Positions 12,601 to 24,600 of a stretch of DNA of 64,000 nucleotides are shown here, in pieces; positions within the stretch are counted from its first letter, which is position 1; each line of letters opens with the position of its first letter. Source of the stretch: an uncultured Planctomycetales bacterium (lineage in GTDB: Bacteria > Omnitrophota > Gorgyraeia > Zapsychrales > JANLHA01). A program made the position numbers and the translations under genes. Location: NCBI GenBank assembly GCA_964374105.1, contig CAYJXI010000001.1, forward strand, positions 7,743-71,742, given 5' to 3'. The notes beneath the pieces were generated by a model. That model ran no database searches. It was not told the origin of the DNA and was given only the letters and a program-made list of their open reading frames with translations.

Positions 12601-15600
12601 CGGCCACGATTCCTGGGAAAAGACCGCACGGGTAAGCCACTTGGGCGATTTACAGCATCCGGAGAGTATCGGTGCGTTATATTTGGTTTCCCTGCAGGGC
12701 GGGCACACCGCGGCCCACGCCATGGGGGTGTTATATGACCTATTAAGGGATGAGGAGTTCTTAAAAGTCCTGCCGGTGGCCATAAAAGAAAAGGTTCAGC
12801 CTTTGATCGATCGTTTTGCTCAAGCCGAACCGTTAGACCATTTTGACTTCTATACGATTGGCTGGAAGTATTTTGGTCTTGCCGAGGCGGCAGTTGTGCA
12901 GGGCTTAAGAAGCGATGACGCTAACTACCGTAAGCAGGCGATCGGCGCGGCTGAGGTTGCCCCGTATGAAGCTGATCTGCCTGAGCTCTTGAGTGAGGTT
13001 CGACGTCTTTTAAAGGAAGGATATGTTACCGATTTGACAAGATTCTTAGAGGATCGGATGGCTTCTCCCGTGGGTCCTGTGGTTGACATTGTTCGTCATT
13101 ATGTTCGTGATCAAAATGAGTTTAATGTCCATATTAGGCAGATCATTGAGATTGTGGCCTCGGCGGTCAACCGCTTCCGGGACACGCTCGAAAATCATCC
13201 CGAGATTCATAAGATGCACTTGGAAGAAAAACCAGACTATGTTGGTGTCATTGAGGAAAGAGAACAATTACAGAAAGAGTTAAACAAATATGTACCAGCT
13301 GTCATCAATCTTACTCCAGAACAGGCAGTGGTCCTTGATTTATCTTATGAGGAGGTTATGAAGACAACCGCTTCACTTCTTGTTTTGGGCAACGATGAGC
13401 GCTGCCGCAGTTGTCTTTTCGCCAACCTTGAATCAGGGGACTTATTTAAGAAAGAGGCCGCGGCCAAGGCGGTTGTGATGCCCCATAACCGAAAGATTGT
13501 TGGGCCAAAGGCCATGCTCCCGATCTTGAGAATTAAAGGTCAGACACAGGATCTTGAATTAGAGGGAGATATCCGTCTCTATCTGTCTGATGTCATCGAA
13601 GAGAACGAAGATTTTGCTCAAGAAGCAAGGCGTTATCTTAAAGAGACATATTTTGCCGGTTATCCGCCAGTGGCTGGATTTATCAATGCACTTGAAAATA
13701 GAAAGGCCTTAGTGAGGATCCTCGATGTCTTAGAAACGATGGGCGCGGAATCGTTCGTACAAATGGCTCTCAACCAAGAGAGGCTGGTGGAATGGTTGAG
13801 TCAGCAACTGGATTTATGGCTCGGGTTAATGGAGTTCAACACGATTTTGGGTGTCGTTTTGGGTAAGGAGGCGGCCTTAAATATCATTGAAGATATTATC
13901 AATGATATGAGGACATTTGCCGTTACCAGCTTGAAAGAAGTTCCTTATCGTCTGTTTATTATCCGTGAAGACAGACCGAATTTCTTTGTCTCGCTCATTG
14001 ACTATATCAGGGTGAGATTAACCCCGCGTAATCAAATAGTCGTGTTAAGAGAGCTAGGCCGATCGGCAGAGATGGTGATTAACATGGATACGACACCTGA
14101 TCAGCAGATTGTTCGCCAGAACTTTCATTTGGCGATTGTTATTTCTAAGATGTCAGCTTTGGCGTTTGGTGCCCAGTTTGTAGTGAATAGTGTCAAGGAG
14201 GCCACCGAACCCTTAGAGCGCTTGTTTGGTAAGGATGAAAAAGCCTCTCTGGTTGAATTACTGAAGGTCCTGCGTGAGATCCTGGAGAGATTGGATAAGG
14301 GAATCTATGCGGCTATCAATGAATTCATAGCCGATGTCCAAAGAGCGGTAGAGATTAGAGATGGTCTGTTGAAAGCCATTCAAGAATTACCCGCTGTGCG
14401 TGCGGCCCAGCAGCGCCGCAAGACCCTCGGCCAAGAGATCGGTCAACTGCGTAAGAGAATGAAAGAATTAAAAGAAGAAGGCCAGAAGCAAGAGTTAGAA
14501 AAGCAAATGGCTGGTTTGATTGACGAGCAGCGTTCCCATCAGGAAATTACCGATCAAGTAAATGCTGTCAATAAGGCTATAGATTTGACTTACCTTAGTT
14601 CTTTGAGTAATCAGCTGAAACAGAAATCTTCGTCGCTCGCCCAACAGGTTGAAAAAGAAGGTGTCTTAAGCATTAAGGGACGATTAGAGCAATATTTTGA
14701 ACTCTATCAAACCGAGGTCTTATTAAAAGAGTTGAGGGACGTCAATAGAAAGGTCATTACAACCTTCTTAAGTGAAGGGCAAGCAATACCTGTTGAATTA
14801 CCAAAAGATTATATCATCACCAATGAACTGAATAATCTGATTTTTGGCGCTTACCGGGCCAGAGAGGCCGAGGTCATTAGAGGAATCGTCCGGCCGATGG
14901 TGTGGACTTATATCTTTGAAGGACCGGCGGCCGTAGCAGAAAAGCTTTATTCACCACAAACCTTGGCACAACTTAAGGCTCTGGGTTATCAGAATCCGGA
15001 AGTCCTCAAAGAAGGATTAAGGATAAGAGGCGAGGTTGAGCCACCGGCTGATTTGTTGGCCGTCCGTCAGCACCGTTTGAATCTGGAAAAAGAAGAACTC
15101 CGTACACTTTTTGCCCAACTGCCGGTAGAGCTTGTCGAGTTGGCGAAAGAGGCTGGTGTAGAACTGGCTGAAGGCGAGGGAGTGGATCACTTTGCCCAGT
15201 TAGAGAGTGGTAGCTTGGAAAAGATTTATGCGGTTCTTAAGCCGTCAGAATTTACCGATTCTTACCAAGATGTCTTAGCTGATATTGAGACCCATATCGA
15301 GGCCATGAAACGCATCGAGGCAGAAATCGGTACGGCCACAGAAACCCGGCAGCCAGTGGATGTTATCGTTAGCAGCGATGTGGTGGAGAAGGTTAACATG
15401 GGTGTTGGGTTTGCTTCGTGTCTGTGCGTCTTAACCGGCGGCAACCGCCACAGCGCCTTTGTCAATGCCTTTGAACCCAATAAACTGGTCTTTTATGCAG
15501 TCAATAATAAGGGAACAAGGATCGGCCGGCTCTTAGTGATTCTCACCGATCAAGGATTGCTTGTCCACCGCGAATATAAGAGCACCACCTTGAATCTGGG

Positions 15601-18600
15601 ACCGGTCTGGTTTGAATTACTTACTCTCTTGGCGCAGAGATTGGGCAAGCAGGTATTGATCCCTGTTAAGGTGGCAGGCATGATCTTTGGTATAACAGAA
15701 AGTTTACAGGCTCAGCATATTCGGCCAATTGAATTGCCTGCTGAATTAAGCGTACTGCGTGTAGAGATGTTTAGATTTCCATCCAGGCTCTGGTATGACG
15801 ATCTTGGATTTACAAAGATTGATCTAGCTCAATCGTTTGAGCTGGAAGTATCCGGACAATTCTATATCTTCCCAGCGAAAAGGGATGATCAGCGCGAAGA
15901 TAATCCTGTGACTCCTGAGCCCACCGCCACAAGGTCGGGTGAACCGCTTTCAACAGAACAAGAAGACAAACTTCGGGAATACCTTAAACTCAAGGTAGGG
16001 CAGTTCAGCAGTTATGCGGACATTAAGGTAGACCAGATTGAGGCAACCATCAAGGCCTTGCGTGAGGCGGGCTTGAAAGCCTTGGCGAAGCGGCTGGAAG
16101 AACTCAAAGAAGCTCGTAAAATCCGCGCTGGGCCCAATGATGTTTTTGAGGAATTAAAGAATTTCGGCATTGATCTCTTGGCCTTCAACTTTAAAGACTG
16201 GATCATCATCCATCCGGAATTAGTAGAAACCCCCCATCGCATTCGCTTGCATCAAATCCTCACCCATGAGACAGCAGCAGTCCTTGGCTTCTCACATAAG
16301 ATTAACCTCATGTTTGAGAAGGTCATCACCAAAGAATTCACACAACAAGAACCAGGGTTTATTGATTTAGGTGAAAGAGAAAAGGTGTCTATCCCCGTTT
16401 CTGTAGTTGACAAAGTCGAGACTATCACTTTTAGAACTCAACCAGTTGGTTATCAAATCAAGAACAGACAGGTCATTCGGTTAGAGAATAGATTAAACCC
16501 GGATTTTGCATTGGCAAAATCCGCCCGAAGGGCCGCTACGGCATCCCGCCATGGCGGGACGCCTAGCGGGGTTAACCCCGCCAAAGGCGGCCGAAGGCAA
16601 AATTTGCAAAGCACTTTTCTGTATAGAAACAATCAACGAGGTCAAAGTCCTATTGCAAATTTTGGGTTAAAAGGCGATATGGCTAATGCTGTTCTCGGCA
16701 GAGGCAAGGGAGTCACTTTGTGGGAGGGCGGGGCTATCCAATGCAATTATTGTGTAATTTGGGATAGTTCAAGACGACAAGGGGCGATCATCCACACGAA
16801 TTATCTCCAATCCAAAGACATGATGGTGTCTTTCTTGAGAAATATTTTAGAGATATTAGGAATTCCATTAGAGGATAAGAGCTATTTAAGAGATCACGTT
16901 TTGACAATGATAGCTAATGCTCCTCACCAATCGGTCTTTGTCAGTGAGATGTCAAAGAGAATCGAAACCGTGCTGGCTGACAGCTTGGATGAATTAGGAT
17001 TGCCTCGGCTTAGGACGGATACCAGCGTTGCCTGGTATGTTACTCATATTCAATTTTTCGTAGATAAAGGAATAATACGATCAAGCTATAAGATTAACGA
17101 AAGGCAATTTTATCAAGTGGACTTAAAAGAATTGTCTAGATTGCGAAAAATGGGAAAAATGGGGACTGTCCCCATTTTTGAAGCCTCCGCGCCAATCTTC
17201 CGTGCCCTGCCTGCCGGCATAACAGGACCGCTTGAAGCCTTCGCTCCAATCTCCCGTGGCTCCCTGTACCACGTAGGGTACAGGGCCATGAACCCAACGT
17301 GGTTCATGGGGGTCATGAGAATTGTTTCCCAAACGACAGCGGCCCTTTTAAAATCTTCCGTGGCAGGCCCCGTAGAGAAACTTTACGGGGCAGGGAGGTC
17401 GCCGCAGATACCACTTGCACAAATCAAGGGACCGGTTATGCCTCACCATCCGTGGCAGGTGACGAGCATTCACCAGGGCCCATCTGCGGCGGCCTCTTCT
17501 TATCACAAGTCACAAGACATCCTTCGACTTCGCTTGGGACAAGCAAGTCAGCCCGCCCTGGTCTTCGCAACTGGCGGGCCAGGGAGGTCAGCCCGCCCCG
17601 GTCTTCGCAACTGGCGGGCCGGGGAGGTCAGCCCGCCCCGGTCTTCGCAACTGGCGGGCCGGGGAAGTCAGAAGACCCAAGATTCAGGACGCACAACGCA
17701 GAACACAGAACCCAAGACTCTGAACTCATTTGCACCTATCGTGATTGTGGGTTTAGGGATTGCAACGGTTGTCATCATCATGACGATCAAGGCTAAGAAT
17801 CGACTCATGAAGATAACCAAAGACTTTTTAAGTATTGCGACATTGATGGCCGTTGTTGGAAGTCTTTGGACGATTTGGATAAATCGTGAAAAAGAAGTTG
17901 AAGTGATTCCAAATACTCTTGATTCCCTCCCCCTTGTGGGGAGGGTTAGGGAGGGGGTGAGGTTACAGTCTTCACCCTCCCCTAGCCCCTCCCATCAATG
18001 GAGGGGAAATACAGGATTGGGAGAACAGGACGATTCAGCAAGAATTGTTTCGAGTGTCGGCCCAGAATTCTACAGAAGTGTCAGTGCCATACTCAACAAT
18101 TGGTTAGAGGAGAGAATGAAATATATTGTGATTGAATTAGCACCCAGAATGAGTCAAGAACAAACACGGAACCTCTTTCATCTCCTGAGGGCCATGCAGG
18201 AGGTCACAGAAACAAGTGGCTTGAATACACCTCTGCTGGGTGTAGATCGTATGGCCGTTGGCTTCCACGAAAGTGATCGTTTCAAAGCGAATCGTCAGTA
18301 TCGAGGGCCTGCCCGCGGGTGGCTGCAGGTGGAGAAGAATACCATTAAGCATGTGGTGGAAAATTTAATGCCTCGATATCCAACTCTTATTCCCATCGTT
18401 GTGAAAGAAGCCGCAGATTATCATAAGAGGGCAATGACCTTTAAAGATATTCAAAGATTAACGCCAGATGAACTCGGGGTGTTAGTCAGACAAAGGATTA
18501 AATTTGATGTGGCGGTTCATCTTGCTTACTTTATAGAGGAAATGAGTTTAGGTGTCAGGAGGTTAGCCACTCAACATGGTCTTCTCTTGGATCGAGAAAA

Positions 18601-21600
18601 TATTCCTGATTTCGAGGAAGGGTTGATCGAACGAGAAATCCGACAGTTAGTTAATGATAGCAACAATCCGCAAATCATAGACAAGATCTTGGAGGAAATG
18701 ACTAACCTGTGGCTTAACCAATGGAATCGAAAGCCGGGCGTCTTACAAAATCGGATTAATGAACAATCTCGATTGTCTCAAGAGATCCCATCTCTCAAAG
18801 AGAAGTTGGCAGATACGTTGAAAGACAAAAAAGATTTATTGATGCTTCGACCAGGCTCAGCATCAATCCTGAGCGAAGTCGAAGGATTGAGACTCTTTAA
18901 GACTCAAGCAACAAGCCCGAAAGAATTCTTATCATTCGCTGAACAGTTAATTCAACTGACTAAGGCTTCGGATGAACGTATTTCCCAATTACCCAGTGCG
19001 ATTAAGAAAGCCATCCGAACGATCATTAAAAAGGAAGAACGATTGAGCGAATTACCTGCCGAAATGGAAGAACTGAGAACCGAGATTAAGGCCTCCCAAG
19101 AGAAGTTTAGAAAAGAGATGAATGAACTTAAGCCGATCTTTAGATACATCTACATCGCGATGAGATTGCAGGTGATTTACAGCAAAGCTGTCCTTGCCTT
19201 GGAGAAGGATTCTCATCAATCCAATGCTACAAGCCAGGAGAAAAAGTCAGATAGCATCATTAGAGAAAAAATAAAATCTCAACCTAAGCCAGTTACAAAG
19301 AAAACCAATCGAAAAGGAAGATCATCCCTGAAGGCCATAAGTGAGGTTTATGGTCTAGTGCTTGTCGTAGGGCTTGTGATTTTAGGTGTGATAGAGCTCA
19401 TGCGACAAATCCAAGAGTCGCAATGGACCTTGGGTGAGCGGTTAAGACAAGTTCATCAAACAATAAAGAGACTCTTGCCTTTCCGTTGGATGGAAGTTGC
19501 AGGTTCAGGTGGCCTTTCTTTCCCGATGTTTATGGAAGGTATTTTAAACAGAGGAATAGGTGATAATCCATTTTTGATTCATGGCCGAGATGAACGATTA
19601 ATGCTGCCGGTATTTGAACAAATGGCGGATGCGCTTGAAGAACAATTGCTGGTAGCAAGTACAGATTTTCAATATTTGATTCACATTGTACAGAATGGGA
19701 AGAATAAAGAGAACCGTTTAAGGGCCTTAAAGACCTTGATTAAGATCCTGCTTGATCCCAACAAAGAACCTGCTTTGTTAAAGGCTGAGGGTCATCTCAA
19801 TGATAATGACAAACAAGCCTTAATCTCCACAAGGATTCATCAGGCCCTCTTTACTGTTATCAATACTGAAACTGATAAGGAAATTCAAAGATTGGCTTTG
19901 GAGGCGTGGGTTATTAATTCAATTGAATTGCTTGTGGAAAATCGTCATCAGGGGGATTCAGGGATTGTTCTCAATAGAATGTTACGCGAGGTCCTTGCCT
20001 TGAAGGTCGCCCGTTCTCAACAAGCCAATCTTGTCATGGAAGTCCTTGATGCCAAGATAAAACAATCCCCAGATAAGGACTCTCAAGAAGTTATTGAAAT
20101 GATGGATTGGCTAGAGAAGATCATCGAAAGAATCGATGATCTAGAAGAAGATGATGATATTGAATATCGAGGGTCATCGGGACTTAAGGCTTTTGGAACT
20201 GTCAGTATGATCATCCTTTTGGTGGGTTTAGGGACAATTTGGATTTACAAGAAATTTGCCCAAAACAAACACCCGGTGTTTGGCGGTGAACAAAACATAA
20301 GAGGTGAAGAAGTTTCTCGGAGAAAGGTATTCAAATGGATAGGATTAACCGCGGTAGCCATTGTTCTCAACTGCACAGGATGTTCACTAATCTGGCCACC
20401 CAAAGCACAGGATTTTGTACTTGTTAATTATGCGGTTGAGCCTCTCAACTGGGCTAAGATTACGGGGGATGCCCGAGTTGTCTTTTTGGGAGAGACCGAG
20501 CACTTTTCTTCAACCGATAAATATCTTGTTGCCAGATCTCTCAAAGAATTGAAGACATTAGGAATCACCCATTTGGCTCTGGAGAATTTGGAAGTTCATA
20601 CTCAGGATATTGTTGATGCGTATTTAAGAAAGGAAATTCCGTTATCCGAAATGGAGGAAAGGATCAGATCAAACCGGCTCCAAAGACCTAATGGGGAAAT
20701 TGTTTTACCGGCGATTTATCTGCCAGGATACAGAGAGATCTTCCAAAATGCCCAAGCATTAGGGATTAAAGTCATTGCCTTAGATAAACCTAAATATGAA
20801 GAACACACTATCCGGGAGCGTAATCTTCAGTGGGTAGAAATTATTTTGTCTATCCTTAAGAATGACAATAAGGCCAGGCTTTTAGTCATTAACGGCAATG
20901 CCCATTCGAATTATCAATATAGATTCCTAAGAAGAACAAACGCCTTTTATGCCATCCCCCAAGAGTTAACGCCAGTTGTCCCCGAGGCCATTCAAAACGA
21001 AGGCTTCCCAGTGGTCGTAACACAAATGGCAGGTATTGACGGCTCGGACCTCCCAAGCTATAGACATCTTATTATTGAGGCGGTAAAGAGATATGCTCAA
21101 GATGATAAGCGAGTAAAACTTGACCAGCCGCAGATGATGATTCCCCGCGAAGGGTTTGTTGATGAAATTTGCGATTGTTACATTTACGCCCCAGCCGTAA
21201 CGACTCTTAAAGCCTTTGACCCGGTGATCGGTTTGATTATGTTCCTTGGTATTGCCGGGTTGAGTTTATTGAAGAGGTCAAAGGTGAGGTCAAAGGTGAC
21301 TGTCACCTTTGGTGACAGTCACCTTTGGGCAAGGCGCTCGTTCCTAAGGACAGTCTTCGGGCTAGGGACAGCTTTAGGATTAATGCCATTTGCTCCAAAG
21401 AAAGCTCACGCAGAATTAACCGTTGATCAAAACCTGCCACCTGATCTGCGCCAGTTGTTTGAAATGGTAATCCCGATCGCACAAATCATGTTGACTAGGG
21501 AAATAAAAACAGAGGACCAGGAACTTAAAGAGCTCTCGAGAATTTCCCATCGATTCCTCTTAGAACCCGGCGTCAAGGTGACCTTTACCGTAGGTGATCT

Positions 21601-24600
21601 TAACCAAATCATCGCTAGTCAATCGAAAAACGAAGACGATGAGTATAGAAGAGAACTCATGAACCGACCCGATGCTGCCGCGCGGGCCATGGTGACCAGC
21701 TTAGGGGCCAATCGTTATGTTGTGACCTACGACTTTAGGATGATCAAGGCAGGGATGGCAGCCTTGATTACCGGGCTTGCTCATGAACTTATTGCTCACA
21801 CTTATATCATGGAGAATATGAAAGAAAAATTATCACCTCTGGAAGAGGAGAGACTCGCTTTTGCTTTGGAGATCAAATATATTGAGGTGCTGTTAGCCGA
21901 CCGCGATCTGGTTGAACAGATTACCTTGGGCGGCAGGAATTTAACGATCTACAACGATTTTAGAAATCTATTGGAATTTGAAAAAGCCACCCTGGCTTGG
22001 ATTGAAAAGGAAATAAAACAACAGAAGGCCGCGCAATTAAAGAAGACAATCGCCATCATTGGTGCAACAGCACTGACAGCGGGAGCAGGCGTCTTAGGGA
22101 CTTTACAGGTCATCAAGTTAAGAAGATTCAAGCGCGTTCGTCTCGTCTTTGATGCAATCAAGGGTCAAGGGGCATTTGCTCAATTGGATAAGCTTTTACG
22201 AAAACAATTAGTCGCCCAGTTTACAAAAGGTAATCGTTTCGAACGTGCGACCTTAAAGCAGGCCGGGCTGTCCACAACCCAGAGAGAAGAATTTAAAAAG
22301 AATTTATCCCGGATGATGAGTGAAGAGGAGGAAGACGAAGGGAATGAAGGCGGAGTGATGCTGGGAAGCGGGAGAGGCTTAAGTGCAGTGCAGGAGAAGA
22401 TGGTGAATCAGGCGCTGGTAGAGAGCGAGGTGAAGGAGGTCAGTGAGGAGGAGTACCGAACATTGGATGCGGGAGGCGAACTAAAGTCCGAAGGGGTGGT
22501 GATCCATAAGGTGAGCGGGTTGAATGCGAAGATCGAAGAGATCGGGCAAAGAGAACATACGATGTTTGGGGATGAGGTGGTGACGTATGCGAAGGTGAAG
22601 GAAGATGGGAGCAAGCATTTGTACTTGGATGAGCGGGAGATGTATGTGGTGATGAATCTGAGTGAGAGGTTAAGGAGGCAGTGGGGAAGTCATGAGTTAT
22701 TGCACTTAAAGCAGCCGATGCTGAGTGAAGAGCTGGTGCAGTTGCAGGTGCCAGTGGATGAGGTGTTAGAGGCGAGGGCGAAGTATCTGGGGTATGAGAC
22801 AGGAGAGGTGAAGGCCTTGGCTATAGTGAGGAAGGAAGGGGTGAAGGAGAAGGAAGTGAGTAGTGCGATGGCGGTGGCGAAGGAATATGGGGTAGTGCCA
22901 TCAAAGGTATTGGCGTTATCGAAGAAGCATGGACTGCCGGTGGTATTGACGGGCGAGGCGATGGGGCTTGCACAGAGGTATAAGACGACGATGAGTCAAG
23001 TAGCGTTGTGGGGCAAGAAGTATGTGGGGATTTTGAATAAGGCGGGGTTGAGCCGGGAAGAGATCGATGAGATCTGGCGGACGTTAGGGTATGAGCAGAA
23101 GGAAGAGGTGTTAGATGCGATCGAGAAGATATTAGAGATTCATCAGGAGATCGAAGAGAGTGAAGTAAAGTTTTCGATGAGTGTGATAGAGCTGGTGCGA
23201 GCGTATCGGGTGGTAGGGGATATGGATGAGCTGCGGGAGCTGGTGCGGATTGCGATCGAGCATCCGATGAGCGGGCGGGGATATGGGCAGGTAAAGCAGC
23301 GGTTCCCCGAGTATGCGAGATTTAAGAAGCTCTTGGAGATATGGGAGGAGTATGTGGAAGCGGGTCATCCGATCAGTGCCGAGATCATAGAACAGATGTT
23401 TGATAAGAAAGGGCGATCGCGGTGGGTGAGTGAGGAGGAGGAAGGTGAGGAAGAGGAATGGCATGAGGGCGGGGTGATGCTGGGAAGCGGGAGAGGCTTA
23501 AGTGCAGTGCAGGAGAAGATGGTGATGCAGGCGCTGGTAGAGAGCGAGGTGAAAGAGGTCAGTGAAGAGGAGTATGCTGCGTTGGATGTGGGAGGAGAGT
23601 TGAAGTCCGAAGGAGTGGTGATCCATAAGGTGAGCGGGTTGAATGCGAAGATCGAAGAGGTTGCCCAAAGGGAATGGACATCGTTTGGAGATCGGTTGAT
23701 CACGTATGCAAGAGTAGAAAAGGATGGCAGTAAGCACCTGTACCTGGATGAACGAGAACTGAACGTGATTATGTATTTACCATCCCGCATCCGTCAGCAA
23801 TGGGGCAAACATGAAATGGGTCATCTTAATCAACCATCTTTACCTGAAGAAAGGATACAGAAGGACGCTCCCATTGAGGAAGTCCTTAATTCACTAATCC
23901 ATCCAACTGAACCTATTGTCAAAGTATATGATGAACTCGGCGGGTTGAAGATATCAAGGAAAGATCAACTCTTTAAAGATAAAGAAGGAAAGAAGAGGCC
24001 GTATACCCGCAAGGGCCAGGTGTTACACACCTTCCATCTTGCTGTCCAAGAAGATTTGAAAGCAGTTATTGATCAGAAGATTCTACCTGCTCTCACTACA
24101 AAGAAAGCAAAAGCGAAGATAGAAGAAAATCTTCAGCTGATATTTAGACAGACCGGGGAATTTGGGAATATTAAAACGATCAGTATTTCCAACGGGATGT
24201 TGACCCCACTTTTCTTTGAAGAAGACCGCACTTACGTAGATGTGAGCCTGTTATTGATGCCTTCCGCTCCCTTTAAGGAATTATTGAGATTGGGTTCTGC
24301 CCATGCCTTTGAGAAGAGCCGAATATATCGGGTTCAGACGAGTAAAGGAAGCTTTATTGATGAGTATAAGGCCGATAGTGTGAGTGTGTTTGAAGTGGCT
24401 TTAAGTCTTCTAGCGGCGGATGAAAAAGTGCTTAAGCAACTGGAAGAGGCATTCAAGAATTTAAGCAAAGCTAATTGGGAACTTTCAGTTTATCAAGAGC
24501 TTATCGATGCCCTGCGGTATTTAAGAAGCCGCTTTGTCGTACAAAAGTATTTGTTAAAGGCACATAACATTTATGACATTTACGATTGGGAAATAGATCC

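Noticed and set aside
17547-17670. CRISPR array
   Set aside because: Three directly abutting 40-bp repeats with no spacers, inside coding sequence; not CRISPR architecture.
17299-17796. 165-aa + strand ORF in phase 1 across the GC-rich repeat region
   Set aside because: It lies in the GC-rich insert, where all phases are nearly stop-free by composition. Phase 2 is continuous with the upstream and downstream coding sequence (TM helices and conserved modules), whereas this ORF starts and ends within the insert.
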